Translations under genes and position numbers: made by a program | The notes under the pieces: generated by a model | Databases searched by the model: none | What the model was told of the DNA's origin: nothing | The model's input: the letters and a program-made list of their open reading frames with translations, nothing else | In this document: in pieces, positions 21,029 to 31,067 of the stretch | How positions within the stretch are numbered: the stretch's first letter is position 1 | How the letters are laid out: each line of letters opens with the position of its first letter | Assembly: GCA_963803805.1 (NCBI GenBank) | Contig: CAWDOD010000011.1 | Span: forward strand, 352,001-416,000 | Reading direction: 5' to 3' | Source: an uncultured cyanobacterium | Lineage (GTDB): Bacteria > Cyanobacteriota > Cyanobacteriia > Cyanobacteriales > CAWCAG01 | DNA length: 64,000 nucleotides

Positions 21029-21880
21029 TCAATCAACTATAATTTCAATGCGGCGATTAAGTTGTTGACTATTCTCATTGCTGTTTTCCACCAAAGGGCG
21101 AGTCTCTCCGTAGCCTACCACCAATAAACGATACTTTTGCCCCAAAGCATTAGCTAAATATTGCTTAACTTCTTGGGCGCGTCGAAAAGATAATTCGCGA
21201 TTATCCTCTGCTTTATCACTGCTGTGGGTATGAGCAGAAATACGAATAGTTTCTCCTTCATATTGCCGCAGATCGTTAATAATTTTATCTAAAATTGAAT
21301 TCGCTTCTGCTGATAAAGTGCTACTTGTTCCGGTGAAGAGAACATCGCTAGGAAGAGTAACCTTTAACTTATTATCATCATTTCTCCCCTCATCTATCAC
21401 AACTTGACTTTCTTCGGGGCTAGGGATGGGTTGAGATTGGAGGTTTTCTTGAAGAATCTTCAACCTCTCGTCTAAAGGTAACTCAGAATCACTACTTCCT
21501 AACTCACTTTCCAGTTGAACTGCACGACTATTTAAAGCATTTAACTGGGCTTGGAGTCCCTGAACTTCATTTTGTAACTCTTGCCTCTTCTCCACCGTTA
21601 ATTCAGAAGCCGGATTGCTGGGGACAGAATTCTGAGAAGTACTCCCTTGGACTTCAACTAACTCCTCTTTATCCTGTAATAATTGCCAAACTTTTACTCC
21701 TAAAGGTTTGCCAGGATTAACTTGGGGTTTAAAAACTCCTAAAAGTACCCCGGCGATAAAAGCCAAACTTCCCCCAACTCCTAACAACAAACATTGCAGC
21801 AAAATTACCTTCCACCAAGAAACCTTAGTCTTTGTAGGGGAGGGAGATTTTTTTGAAGAAGATTCTACGATTGGAGTCAC
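21029..21880 (-). CDS. OmpA/MotB C-terminal domain protein with TM anchor and coiled coil
   Basis: TLPSDVLF, NRELSFRRAQEV, GYGETRP and NRRIEI. Confidence 0.88.
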   Translation of the reverse strand: MTPIVESSSKKSPSPTKTKVSWWKVILLQCLLLGVGGSLAFIAGVLLGVFKPQVNPGKPLGVKVWQLLQDKEELVEVQGSTSQNSVPSNPASELTVEKRQELQNEVQGLQAQLNALNSRAVQLESELGSSDSELPLDERLKILQENLQSQPIPSPEESQVVIDEGRNDDNKLKVTLPSDVLFTGTSSTLSAEANSILDKIINDLRQYEGETIRISAHTHSSDKAEDNRELSFRRAQEVKQYLANALGQKYRLLVVGYGETRPLVENSNENSQQLNRRIEIIVD

Positions 21881-22147
21881 TGCTTTTCCTTACCTTTTAG
21901 CCGTATCCTTATGATCCCACCAAGGATTTGTTATCTTAATTCGTTTTGATCTGCCCACATAACACTCCAAAGTTAGAATTTGTGATCTTGTTTTGTATCA
22001 CTTCGTAAATTAATAATGAAAATTTAGCTTAGAGAGGGGTGTAAATTCAACTAAGTTGCTATACATAGGTATAAGGATACTGCAAGAGTTCCTTTGGCAT
22101 CACTCCTCACACCAAAAACGAAGTTTAGCAACCCCACTCTACTCACC

Positions 22148-23000
22148 ATGTTTAGACTCTTTCTTTATTTCTTATCTGCTACTCTGTTGCTAATTGCTTC
22201 TAGTCCATCGGCTAAAGCCAATCGGGATGAAGTGCCACAGGTAGTTGTTCCTGCATATCCCCACACTTCATCCCAGACCCCAATGATATTGCCAAGTTCT
22301 TCCTCTGACATGATTCAAGCCGAATTTAAAAGCGACCCTTTAGATAGTCCTCATCCTGTTCCTTGGAATTGGGTTTTGGAAACTAACGAAAATTTAAAAC
22401 GAAATGAAAGTTCTGGGGTCAATTATTACCGCAGTCCTTCTTTAATATCTCCCGATGGAACCTATGCAGCTTATAGTAGGATTCAGATGGAAGGAAGACC
22501 AGAGTTGTTCCGCAGTCGTGTTACCAGCGTAATGTTTCTCGAAAACCTACGTACAGGGGACTTGCAAACTATTACAGCTTCCTCTCCTTTAGCCGATAAC
22601 CCTTTCAATAGTAACGAAGAAGCGACGAAGGCCAGGAAAAATTTCTATTTTAATCCCCGTTTCTTGGTCAGATTCAGGCGATCGCGTTTTAGCCAGACAA
22701 TTTGAAGGTTTCTTTAATACCTCTGATGCTTCTGATTACGCAGTTATTTGGGAACGAAGTACCAATCGCACCGTAACTGTTGCCCCAGAAAATGACCTTT
22801 ATACTAACGCTGTCTTACTCGGTTGGAGTGAAACAGCCCCCCATCAAGTACTATTTCGCGCCGGAACTTTAGGAGAAGAAAATTGGCCTCTATGGGCAGT
22901 TGATAGCGAGGGTCAAACCATGCTTGCTAGTGAAGATAGACCTATTGTCTACGGTCAAGTAATTAACAAAGTTTGGAGTGGGCCTCAAGCCCGTTGGTAA
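22148..23000 (+). pseudogene. Secreted beta-propeller-like hypothetical protein split by a +1 frameshift near 22630
   Basis: Signal peptide plus SPDG..AAYSR in the first frame. From 22632 a second open frame reads PGKISILIPVSWSDSGDRVLARQFEG...LLGWS...WSGPQARW* to 23000. Confidence 0.75.
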
Positions 23001-23132
23001 AGACAAGTTAAAAGGCAAGGAATTATAACTGTTACGACTTCCTAAACTATAAAATTTCATTGAGTTTCCTTCCTTATACAGTAGTTAAGCCTTTAAACTC
23101 GGTTTGATTAGAAATAAAATTACAAAAATCCT

Positions 23133-23720
23133 ATGGCTTACTTTTGGTTTAAAGCATTTCACCTAATTGGTGTCGTAGTTTGGTTTGCTGGTTTATTTTA
23201 TTTAGTACGTTTATTTGTTTACCACGCCGAAGCGAATGAGCAACCTGAACCTGCCCAAACTATTCTCAAAACTCAATATGAATTGATGGAGAAGCGGCTG
23301 TATAGCATCATCACAACTCCGGGAATGCTTGTTACGGTGGCTATGGCTATTGGCTTGATTTCTACTGAACCAGAAATCTTAAAATCTGGTTGGTTACACG
23401 CCAAATTAGCCCTGGTTTTAGTTTTAATTGGCTATCATCACTACTGCAAACGCTTAATGAAACAGTTAGCCGCCGGAACTTGTCAGTGGACTGGACAACA
23501 GTTTCGCGCTCTCAATGAAGCCCCAACAATTTTATTAGTAACAATTGTGCTATTGGCAGTGTTTAAAAATAATCTCCCTTTAGACTTAACCACCTGGTTA
23601 ATTGTGGCTTTAGTAGTTGCGATGATTGCAAGTATTCAACTTTACGCTAAGAAACGCCGTAAAGACAAAGAATTGTCCCAAGGGCAAATGCCTACTGAAC
23701 CAGAAGCTTTATCTAGTTGA
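23133..23720 (+). CDS. hemJ: Protoporphyrinogen IX oxidase HemJ
   Basis: KAFHLIGVVVWFAGLFYLVRLFVYH, WLHAKL and RALNEAPT. Confidence 0.95.
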   Translation: MAYFWFKAFHLIGVVVWFAGLFYLVRLFVYHAEANEQPEPAQTILKTQYELMEKRLYSIITTPGMLVTVAMAIGLISTEPEILKSGWLHAKLALVLVLIGYHHYCKRLMKQLAAGTCQWTGQQFRALNEAPTILLVTIVLLAVFKNNLPLDLTTWLIVALVVAMIASIQLYAKKRRKDKELSQGQMPTEPEALSS

Positions 23721-23835
23721 ACCCTGAAGTGGGCAAGTTAAAAATAAATACTGGTTTTAAGCATAACTCTCAGCTTGCCCTCTCCCCAGCAATTTTAGTA
23801 TCATTGGTGACTAGATTTCCCTGGTCATCACGTCT

Positions 23836-26502
23836 TCACTTAACCTTAAAAGGCAACTTAACTCGAAAAGTAGCCCCTTCACCAAGTTGGCTTTCTACCT
23901 TAATATCTCCCTGCATCAACTTAACTAAAGATTCAGTAATTGCCAACCCTAAACCCGTACCAGAATACTTGCGGGTAGTTGTTTGATCTACTTGACGAAA
24001 CTCTTCAAAAATATACTCTTTCTGCTCCGCATCAATACCAATACCCGTATCTTTAACGACTATTTCTAAATACTTAACATCTACTTCTTGGATAAAGACC
24101 TGAACGCTTCCTTGATCGGTAAACTTAATGGCATTAGAAAGGAGATTAACCACTATTTGGCGTAGGCGAAGGCTGTCATTAACTACGCGGGAATGTTTAA
24201 GTTTAACCTTTAGGTTTAAACTTAAATACTTCTCATCAGCTAAAGGACGCAATTCCTCAATAGTTGTCCTCACTAATTGAATAATATCAAACTCCTTGAG
24301 TTGTAATTCTAAACGCCCTGCTTCAGCTTTAGAAAGGTCAAGAATATGATTAATTAAAGCTAAAAGACTTTTACCATTATTGTGAATTTTTTCCACCATT
24401 TGGACATGATTAGAACCAAGGGTATCAGAATTCTTTTTGCGTAAAAGTAATTGTGAGAAACCAATAATTGCATTCATAGGAGTACGCAACTCGTGGGACA
24501 TAATCGCCAGAAATTGCGACTTCATTTTCGCTGCTTCCATCAGTTGCAAATTTTGCAGTTGAATTTGGTGACGTTGACTTTCTAACTCCTGATTCTGTTC
24601 AGCTAAAATTTGATTTTGAAACTCTAAACGTTCTTCTCTCTCTTCGAGGGTACTAATCAAACGAGCATTATCAATGGCGATCGCAGCTTGTTCTCCCACA
24701 GCAGTTAAAAGATATTGTCCTTCTTTATCAAAAGCAGTAGGATTTTCCCAATTACCAATGGCCAGAATTCCTAAACTTCCTGACTTTACAGACTTAATTG
24801 GTACGGCATAAATAGTCTGAGGCAAACTTTTTGCTGTTTCTGTATCTTGTTGGGGACTTTGAATTAATCTAGGTTCCCCCGTTAAAAAAACTTGGCGTAG
24901 CAAACTTTTAGACGAAGAAGCATCTTCTAAACTGAGACTCTCTTCCCCAACCCCAGCCGTCACAGTCAGCATCATACGATTACATTGGGAATTAAACAAA
25001 GCAATAAAACAAATCTGAACCCCAGGAATAGCTTCGCATACCGATCTCGCCATCACCCGCAATAAATCTGGTAAATCTGTGAGGCGATGATTCAATAAAT
25101 TTGTAAGTTGCTGGAGAGTGCGTAATTGTTGCTGCTGCTCCCCTAAAATGGCATTAGCTTGGCGAAGATCCTGGCTAGCTTGATGGGCTTCTTCAAACAA
25201 CCGAGCATTTTCAATCGCTAAAGCTGCCCGATGGGCTAAATCTTCTGCTAGCTTAAAATCATCTTGAGTATAACAACCCCCAGATTCACTCCAAACAAAC
25301 AGAATAGAACCTAAAGTTCTTTCTCCGGTTTTTAAAGGTACACAAATATAAGAATGAATATTTAAACTTTTAAGCTTCTCTAAATGCTCTTCATCCCTAG
25401 CCAGTTCGATTAACTTTTTTTCTGTAACAGAAAAACAAGCATCTGATTTACCCCGATGGATAACCTGAGCATAACCACTAACAGCACAATAACTTTTTAT
25501 GCCCTCAGCATAGTCTAGCTGCCGCACCAAAGCCTCTTTGTTGGGATCTATATGGGTAACGGCAATACGAAGACAACTCCCCTCAGAAGCCACCACATCA
25601 ATGGCACACCAATCAGCTAAACGAGGGACAGCTAGCTGAGCCAGGTTTTCTAAAGTAGCTTGATAATCTAAAGAAGCTGACAAAACCTCCGTAGCCTCAG
25701 CCAAGAAGCGAGTGCGTCTTTCTGTACGCTTGCGCTCAGTAATATCGCTAACAATACCAGACATTCTCAGGGGAATACCTTTACTATCCTTTTGGACTTT
25801 CCCCCTAGCTACATAGTAAAAGTATTCTCCACTCACATGACGTAACCGAAACTCCACCTCAAACTTAGCTTGCTTTCTCAAATGAGCGTGAACTGCTCGA
25901 CTAATTTTGAAGCGATCGCCTAAATGTAATAGCTTTTTTAATAGCGGCTTATTAACGGCCACTCCTTTTGAAGACAAACCTACCATTTCCAAAAGGCGAT
26001 CATTGGCATAAACTTTCTCATTGCCCCAGTCCCAATCCCAAATCCCATCATTAGAACCTTCAACCACCAAACGGTACATTTCCTCGCTTTCTTTTAAGCG
26101 TCGATTGGCAAAATCAGCTTGTTGTTCAGCATGATATAGGCGTACTGAATTATGAAGAGAGCGCGCTAAACTTTCAGAAGAAATTTTTCTTTGGGGAATA
26201 TAATCAGAAGCCCCAGCTTTAATCAAATCAGCAGCATAATGTTCATCTCCCTGGGCAATCAAAACCACTAGAGGGACTTTAATGTTGGCATGACGAATCT
26301 TTTCAACTAGTTCTCTACCACTACCATCTGGCAATCTGTAATCAAGGAAAACGCATTCAAAGTCTCTTTCTTGCTTTAAGCTGGCAATAGCACTCTCACA
26401 GCTATTTGCTGATTCCATCTCTATATCAACTCTGGCCTTACTTAGAGCTTTGTATAGCACCATACGTTCAATTTCATCTTCTTCTACTACCAAAATTTTC
26501 AT
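23836..26502 (-). CDS. Hybrid sensor histidine kinase (REC-PAS-GAF-GAF-HisKA-HATPase)
   Basis: FLDYRLPD receiver, DGIWDWD PAS, two GAFs, MSHELRTPM, NLLSNAIKFT, DTGIG and GTGLGL. Likely start is ATG at 26502. Confidence 0.93.
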   Translation of the reverse strand: MKILVVEEDEIERMVLYKALSKARVDIEMESANSCESAIASLKQERDFECVFLDYRLPDGSGRELVEKIRHANIKVPLVVLIAQGDEHYAADLIKAGASDYIPQRKISSESLARSLHNSVRLYHAEQQADFANRRLKESEEMYRLVVEGSNDGIWDWDWGNEKVYANDRLLEMVGLSSKGVAVNKPLLKKLLHLGDRFKISRAVHAHLRKQAKFEVEFRLRHVSGEYFYYVARGKVQKDSKGIPLRMSGIVSDITERKRTERRTRFLAEATEVLSASLDYQATLENLAQLAVPRLADWCAIDVVASEGSCLRIAVTHIDPNKEALVRQLDYAEGIKSYCAVSGYAQVIHRGKSDACFSVTEKKLIELARDEEHLEKLKSLNIHSYICVPLKTGERTLGSILFVWSESGGCYTQDDFKLAEDLAHRAALAIENARLFEEAHQASQDLRQANAILGEQQQQLRTLQQLTNLLNHRLTDLPDLLRVMARSVCEAIPGVQICFIALFNSQCNRMMLTVTAGVGEESLSLEDASSSKSLLRQVFLTGEPRLIQSPQQDTETAKSLPQTIYAVPIKSVKSGSLGILAIGNWENPTAFDKEGQYLLTAVGEQAAIAIDNARLISTLEEREERLEFQNQILAEQNQELESQRHQIQLQNLQLMEAAKMKSQFLAIMSHELRTPMNAIIGFSQLLLRKKNSDTLGSNHVQMVEKIHNNGKSLLALINHILDLSKAEAGRLELQLKEFDIIQLVRTTIEELRPLADEKYLSLNLKVKLKHSRVVNDSLRLRQIVVNLLSNAIKFTDQGSVQVFIQEVDVKYLEIVVKDTGIGIDAEQKEYIFEEFRQVDQTTTRKYSGTGLGLAITESLVKLMQGDIKVESQLGEGATFRVKLPFKVK

Positions 26503-26803
26503 GATTTTATTCCTATCAATCAGTATCAATTGATTGTCTAGCTAGTTCAAAGTATTTATACTAAAGCAGCAAAATTGTTTCTCATGTCACACCAATTTAA
26601 GGACTTTTATGTCAGCAATCAACGCCCAATTAACAATCCCATGACTAAAAGATCGGTTAAATATTAAGAGTGATTTAATTTTTATTGATCACCAAAGTAT
26701 TGAACATGATTTTCTGTAATCTGTGACAATCTGACTAAAGGCTAGAGAAAATACTACACTTTACTGATTAGTTATTTGAGTTTTTTGGGGAAACGTTTTC
26801 AAG

Positions 26804-27529
26804 ATGAGTAGAATTCGCGTTGCTCTCATTGAAGACCACGACCTAACTAGAGTCGGGCTTAGGACTGCACTGCAACAGTCCAATGAGATCGAATTGGTTG
26901 GTGAAGCGGCTAATGGGACTGAAGGTTTAAAATTGTTGGAAACTTCCCAACCTGATATTGGTATAGTCGATATTGGTCTGCCAGATATAGATGGTATAGA
27001 ACTAACTCGCAAATCCAAAGAAAATGCCTCATCAGGGGAATCAAAACCAATAAAAATTTTGATTTTGACCTTACATGATAATGAAGAAGCAGTTTTAGCA
27101 GCTTTTGCGGCTGGGGCTGATTCCTACTGCATGAAAAATATGAGCTTTGATCGCCTAATTGAAGTACTCAAATTAACCTATGAGGGCAATTCTTGGATTG
27201 ATCCGGCGATCGCCAGAATTATTCTTTCCCAAACCAAAAGTTCCTCGACTGATGCCAAATCAGCACCGATGGGGAATCAAGGGAAAGTGAGAATTAACGC
27301 TGCTGAGCCAGAATATAGTCAACTGATTGAAGCTTATCCTCTCACTGAAAGGGAACTAGAAGTTCTCCAACTTATTGTTGAAGGTTGTAGTAACGCTGAA
27401 ATTGCTGAAAAACTTTTTATTACCGTAGGAACTGTCAAAACCCATGTTCGTAATATTTTAAACAAATTATGTGCTGACGACCGCACCCAAGCTGCCGTTC
27501 GCGCTCTTCGTTCGGGATTAGTTGGTTGA
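26804..27529 (+). CDS. NarL/LuxR-family response regulator
   Basis: IEDH...VDIGLPD receiver and LTERELEVL...TVKTHVRNI HTH. Confidence 0.95.
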   Translation: MSRIRVALIEDHDLTRVGLRTALQQSNEIELVGEAANGTEGLKLLETSQPDIGIVDIGLPDIDGIELTRKSKENASSGESKPIKILILTLHDNEEAVLAAFAAGADSYCMKNMSFDRLIEVLKLTYEGNSWIDPAIARIILSQTKSSSTDAKSAPMGNQGKVRINAAEPEYSQLIEAYPLTERELEVLQLIVEGCSNAEIAEKLFITVGTVKTHVRNILNKLCADDRTQAAVRALRSGLVG

Positions 27530-27790
27530 GGGGATGAAAAAAGAGAGCGATAATATAATCTTCAGCTACTAAGCTTGTTTTTAGTTATGAAGCAAATCAT
27601 CAACAAATCATCCCTTTATCAAGTTGGTAATGGGTCTTACCGAAGTTAAGCCTTACTAGCATCTAAAATGATTAATTGTCCTGGTATTTGGCTGGTAAGC
27701 TTTTTGTTGGTGCAAAATTTACTAGCCAAGCTCTTAAAACATAAGCGCACCGATGTCTTTTTCAATGGATCGCCAAACTGGAGTGAGTAA

Positions 27791-29503
27791 ATGAGTCAGG
27801 CAAACCGCAGCAAACTTAATTTAATGGTAGTGGATGACGAGCCTGACAACTTAGAATTGCTCAATCGTACTTTCCGGCGGGATTTTCGAGTTCATCCGGC
27901 TGATGGGGCCCTTAGCGCCCTCGAAATTCTTGATCGCGAAGGAGAGATGGCTGTGATCATCTCTGATCAACGTATGCCAGTTATGAATGGCACAGAATTT
28001 TTAAGCAAAACAGTAGAAAGGTTTCCTGATACAATTCGTATTCTTCTCACTGGTTATACCGATGTTGAAGACCTTGTAGAAGCAATAAATTCTGGTAAAG
28101 TTTTCAAATACATCACCAAACCTTGGAATCCTGAAAAGCTCAAAGCAGTGGTTCAACAAGCGGCAGATACCTATAGAGTAGTTAAACAAAGAACTAATGA
28201 ACTGCGGCGTGTTTTGAAGCGCGAAGAGTTATTAAATGAAATTACTAACACAATTCGCGAATCCTTAGACTACCGTAGTATGTCACAAACTATTGTCAAA
28301 ACCATTGGCGAAAACTTTGGAGCTAAAGCGGGAGTATTAAGACCTATTAGTGAAAGCGAGATATTACCAGATGCTTTCTCTTTTCAAGTTGATGATGTTG
28401 CCCAGTGGAGTATTTCTCCTCAAGAAGAAGAATCTTTACTCCAAGAGGTTTTATCGAGCCAAAAAACCAAAAAGCTAGCCTCAGCAGAAGTTGGTAAAGA
28501 AAAATGCTTTCACTTAGCTGTGCCATTAATCTGCCAGCAAGAGTTACTAGCAATTCTTTCCCTTTATGAAATTGACAGTGCCACAGCTAAAGACGAATCT
28601 GATATTGAGTTACTAGAGGCGGTTAGTGAACAAGCAGCCTTGGCAATTTCCCAAGCCAGACTTCTCCAAAGAACTCAACAACAAGCTGAGAAAATGCGGG
28701 CGGAACTAGAAGTAGCCCGGCAAATTCAAAATAATATTCTACGCCAAAGCTGGCCGGAAGTTGAAGGCATTTTAGTACAAGCTAGCTGTTACCCGGCTAG
28801 GGAAGTGGGGGGAGACTTTTTTGAAGTGTATGTTCATCCCCAAGGAGATATTTGGTTAGCGGTGGCTGATGTTTCTGGTAAAGGTGTACCTGCTGCTTTA
28901 TTTATGGCTAGTGCTATTTCTGTACTGAGGAGAGAAGTAGCCCAAGAAATTTCTCCAGAACCCGAAGAAGTGATGAAAAATCTTAATCGCAGTATGTCAG
29001 AAGATTTATTCAGCACCAACTGCTTTATAACTATGGTTTTGGCCCGTTATACTCCTAGCACCAACCAGCTAGCTTATGCTAATGCAGGTCATATTTATCC
29101 TATGCTCTGGTCTCATCGTACCCTTGCGGAACAGAGGAAAAATGCTAGTAAAGAGATAACAGTGGAACCAAACTATTTACAAACTCGCGGTATTCCCCTT
29201 GGCATACTCAAGGATTGGAAAGGAAAAGCGGGGAACTCAACTTTAGAACAGGGTGATATTTTTCTTTTGACTAGTGATGGCATTACAGAAGCAACTGTGA
29301 CAAGATCGATGGTATCGGAATCTAATGGGGCTGCGGATGAAAAACTCCAAGCCAGCTCAATGCTAAATCAACAAGGTCTTTGGCAATTGCTACTCCAGGA
29401 GTCTGATCCTTTAAACTTGGACGAGTTACTAAAGCACCTGGGCGAATACACTAATAAAGTCCAAGAAGACGACCAAACTATTTTATCTCTGGAGGTTATG
29501 TAG
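27791..29503 (+). CDS. REC-GAF-PP2C (SpoIIE/RsbU-like) Ser phosphatase
   Basis: VVDDE/SDQRMP/KPW receiver, GAF, then VGGDFF, ADVSGKG, SDGITEA and EDDQT. Confidence 0.92.
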   Translation: MSQANRSKLNLMVVDDEPDNLELLNRTFRRDFRVHPADGALSALEILDREGEMAVIISDQRMPVMNGTEFLSKTVERFPDTIRILLTGYTDVEDLVEAINSGKVFKYITKPWNPEKLKAVVQQAADTYRVVKQRTNELRRVLKREELLNEITNTIRESLDYRSMSQTIVKTIGENFGAKAGVLRPISESEILPDAFSFQVDDVAQWSISPQEEESLLQEVLSSQKTKKLASAEVGKEKCFHLAVPLICQQELLAILSLYEIDSATAKDESDIELLEAVSEQAALAISQARLLQRTQQQAEKMRAELEVARQIQNNILRQSWPEVEGILVQASCYPAREVGGDFFEVYVHPQGDIWLAVADVSGKGVPAALFMASAISVLRREVAQEISPEPEEVMKNLNRSMSEDLFSTNCFITMVLARYTPSTNQLAYANAGHIYPMLWSHRTLAEQRKNASKEITVEPNYLQTRGIPLGILKDWKGKAGNSTLEQGDIFLLTSDGITEATVTRSMVSESNGAADEKLQASSMLNQQGLWQLLLQESDPLNLDELLKHLGEYTNKVQEDDQTILSLEVM

Positions 29504-29506
29504 TTG

Positions 29507-29944
29507 ATGAAGACTGAACTACACGTACCAAGCGAGTTAAAGTTTCTTAAAGTTGTTGAGTGTTGGTTAATTGACTCTTTAACTTTAGAGTTAGGTGATT
29601 CTGTTGATTGGCCTAGCCAACAGAATCGAATACGCTTAGCTTTAGTAGAAGCTTACTCGAACGTAGTACGTCACGCCCATAAAGATCAACCCAATTTACC
29701 TGTTTTGGTTTGCTTGGAATTGAAGGAGCGGGATATTGCTGTAGAAATTTGGGACTATGGTAAGGGTTTTGATCTCTCAACCTATTTACCGCCGAAACCT
29801 GACGATAAGCAAGAAGGTGGTTATGGTTGGTTAATTATGAACCGCTTGATGGATAGGGTGGAATATCGCTTACAGGTAAATGGTCGTAATTGTTTGAAAT
29901 TGGAAACGACCTTACCAGAAAAATCAAGCAAACTTAAGAAGTGA
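29507..29944 (+). CDS. RsbW/SpoIIAB-like anti-sigma factor Ser kinase
   Basis: LVEAYSNVVRHA, WDYGKGFD and EGGYGWLIM..LMD. Confidence 0.88.
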   Translation: MKTELHVPSELKFLKVVECWLIDSLTLELGDSVDWPSQQNRIRLALVEAYSNVVRHAHKDQPNLPVLVCLELKERDIAVEIWDYGKGFDLSTYLPPKPDDKQEGGYGWLIMNRLMDRVEYRLQVNGRNCLKLETTLPEKSSKLKK

Positions 29945-30861
29945 ATATTGATAGTTCTTTACTTAAAGAACAAGCCCTAGCTATCGGTTTTCATCAAGTA
30001 GGGATTGCTTCTGTCAAAGCAGCAACTGAGTTCCATCAGGCTGCTGTTGCTTCCCTTCAGGCTTGGTTAAGGTTAGGGTATCAAGCTGATATGGCTTGGA
30101 TGGCTAATCCTAAGCGTTTCGATCTACCAGAGGCTAAATCCGTAATTTGTGTTGCCCTGAACTACTACACTCCCCATCAGCGACCAGAAGGCCAAGAATA
30201 CGGGAAGATATCTCGTTATGGTTGGGGAAGGGACTATCACAAAGTTATGCAGAAGAAGCTGAAAGCTTTAACGAATTGGTTACAGGAACAGGGGGAGGAC
30301 ATTTCTGCACGTTATTACGTTGATACAGCACCAATACAAGACAAATTTTGGAGTCAACAAGCTGGAATTGGCTGGGTTGCTAAAAACAGTAATTTAATTA
30401 CTAGAGAATACGGTAGTTGGGTATTTTTAGGTGAAATAGTTACTAATTTAATCTTGCCACCAGATAATCCCCATACAGAACATTGCGGTACTTGTACTCG
30501 CTGTTTAGAAGCTTGCCCTACCAATGCGATTACCGAACCTTTTGTTGTGGATGCTAATCATTGTATCGCCTATCATACCATCGAAAATAGGGATAGGGAA
30601 TTACCAGAATCGGTCAAACCTCATTTACAAGGATGGGTGGCAGGTTGTGATATTTGTCAAGATGTTTGTCCTTGGAATCAGCGTTTTGCTCAAGAAACCG
30701 ATGTGGAAGAGTTTCAACCCTATCCTGGTAATGTCGCTCCCAAATTAACAGAATTAGCAGAAATTACAGAAGAAGAATGGCAACAAAGATTCCCTGCTTC
30801 AGCTTTGAGGAGAATTAAACCTAAAATGTTACGGAGGAATGCCCAGGCTAATTTAGAATAA
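29941..30861 (+). CDS. queG: Epoxyqueuosine reductase
   Basis: SRYGWGRDYH, CGTCTRCLEACP and GCDICQDVCPWN. Confidence 0.94.
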   Translation: MNIDSSLLKEQALAIGFHQVGIASVKAATEFHQAAVASLQAWLRLGYQADMAWMANPKRFDLPEAKSVICVALNYYTPHQRPEGQEYGKISRYGWGRDYHKVMQKKLKALTNWLQEQGEDISARYYVDTAPIQDKFWSQQAGIGWVAKNSNLITREYGSWVFLGEIVTNLILPPDNPHTEHCGTCTRCLEACPTNAITEPFVVDANHCIAYHTIENRDRELPESVKPHLQGWVAGCDICQDVCPWNQRFAQETDVEEFQPYPGNVAPKLTELAEITEEEWQQRFPASALRRIKPKMLRRNAQANLE

Positions 30862-30906
30862 ACCATTTTCTGGGGTAAAGGTTAAAGAGTTACTTAATAT
30901 AAAACT

Positions 30907-31011
30907 ATGGAAAATACTGAATTACTAAATTATATTGCTGGTGGATTGGGGATTTTGATTTTTATCGGGGGATTTTTAATGATGTTTACTACTTTTTGGA
31001 CGAAAAAGTAG
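30907..31011 (+). CDS. Putative 34-aa single-TM microprotein
   Basis: Manual translation MENTELLNYIAGGLGILIFIGGFLMMFTTFWTKK*; 45 bp after queG on the same strand, with acidic N-terminus and basic C-terminus. Confidence 0.6.
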   Translation: MENTELLNYIAGGLGILIFIGGFLMMFTTFWTKK

Positions 31012-31067
31012 TTGCTCATGGTTAGTTGCTAATTAGGAACAGCCCTTCCCCCTTTACCTATTAATTC

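Noticed and set aside
21982..22008. Possible CRP or NtcA site upstream of the OmpA-domain gene
   Set aside because: The TGTGA...TCAC spacing is 12 rather than 6, and GTA-N8-TAA mismatches the NtcA consensus.
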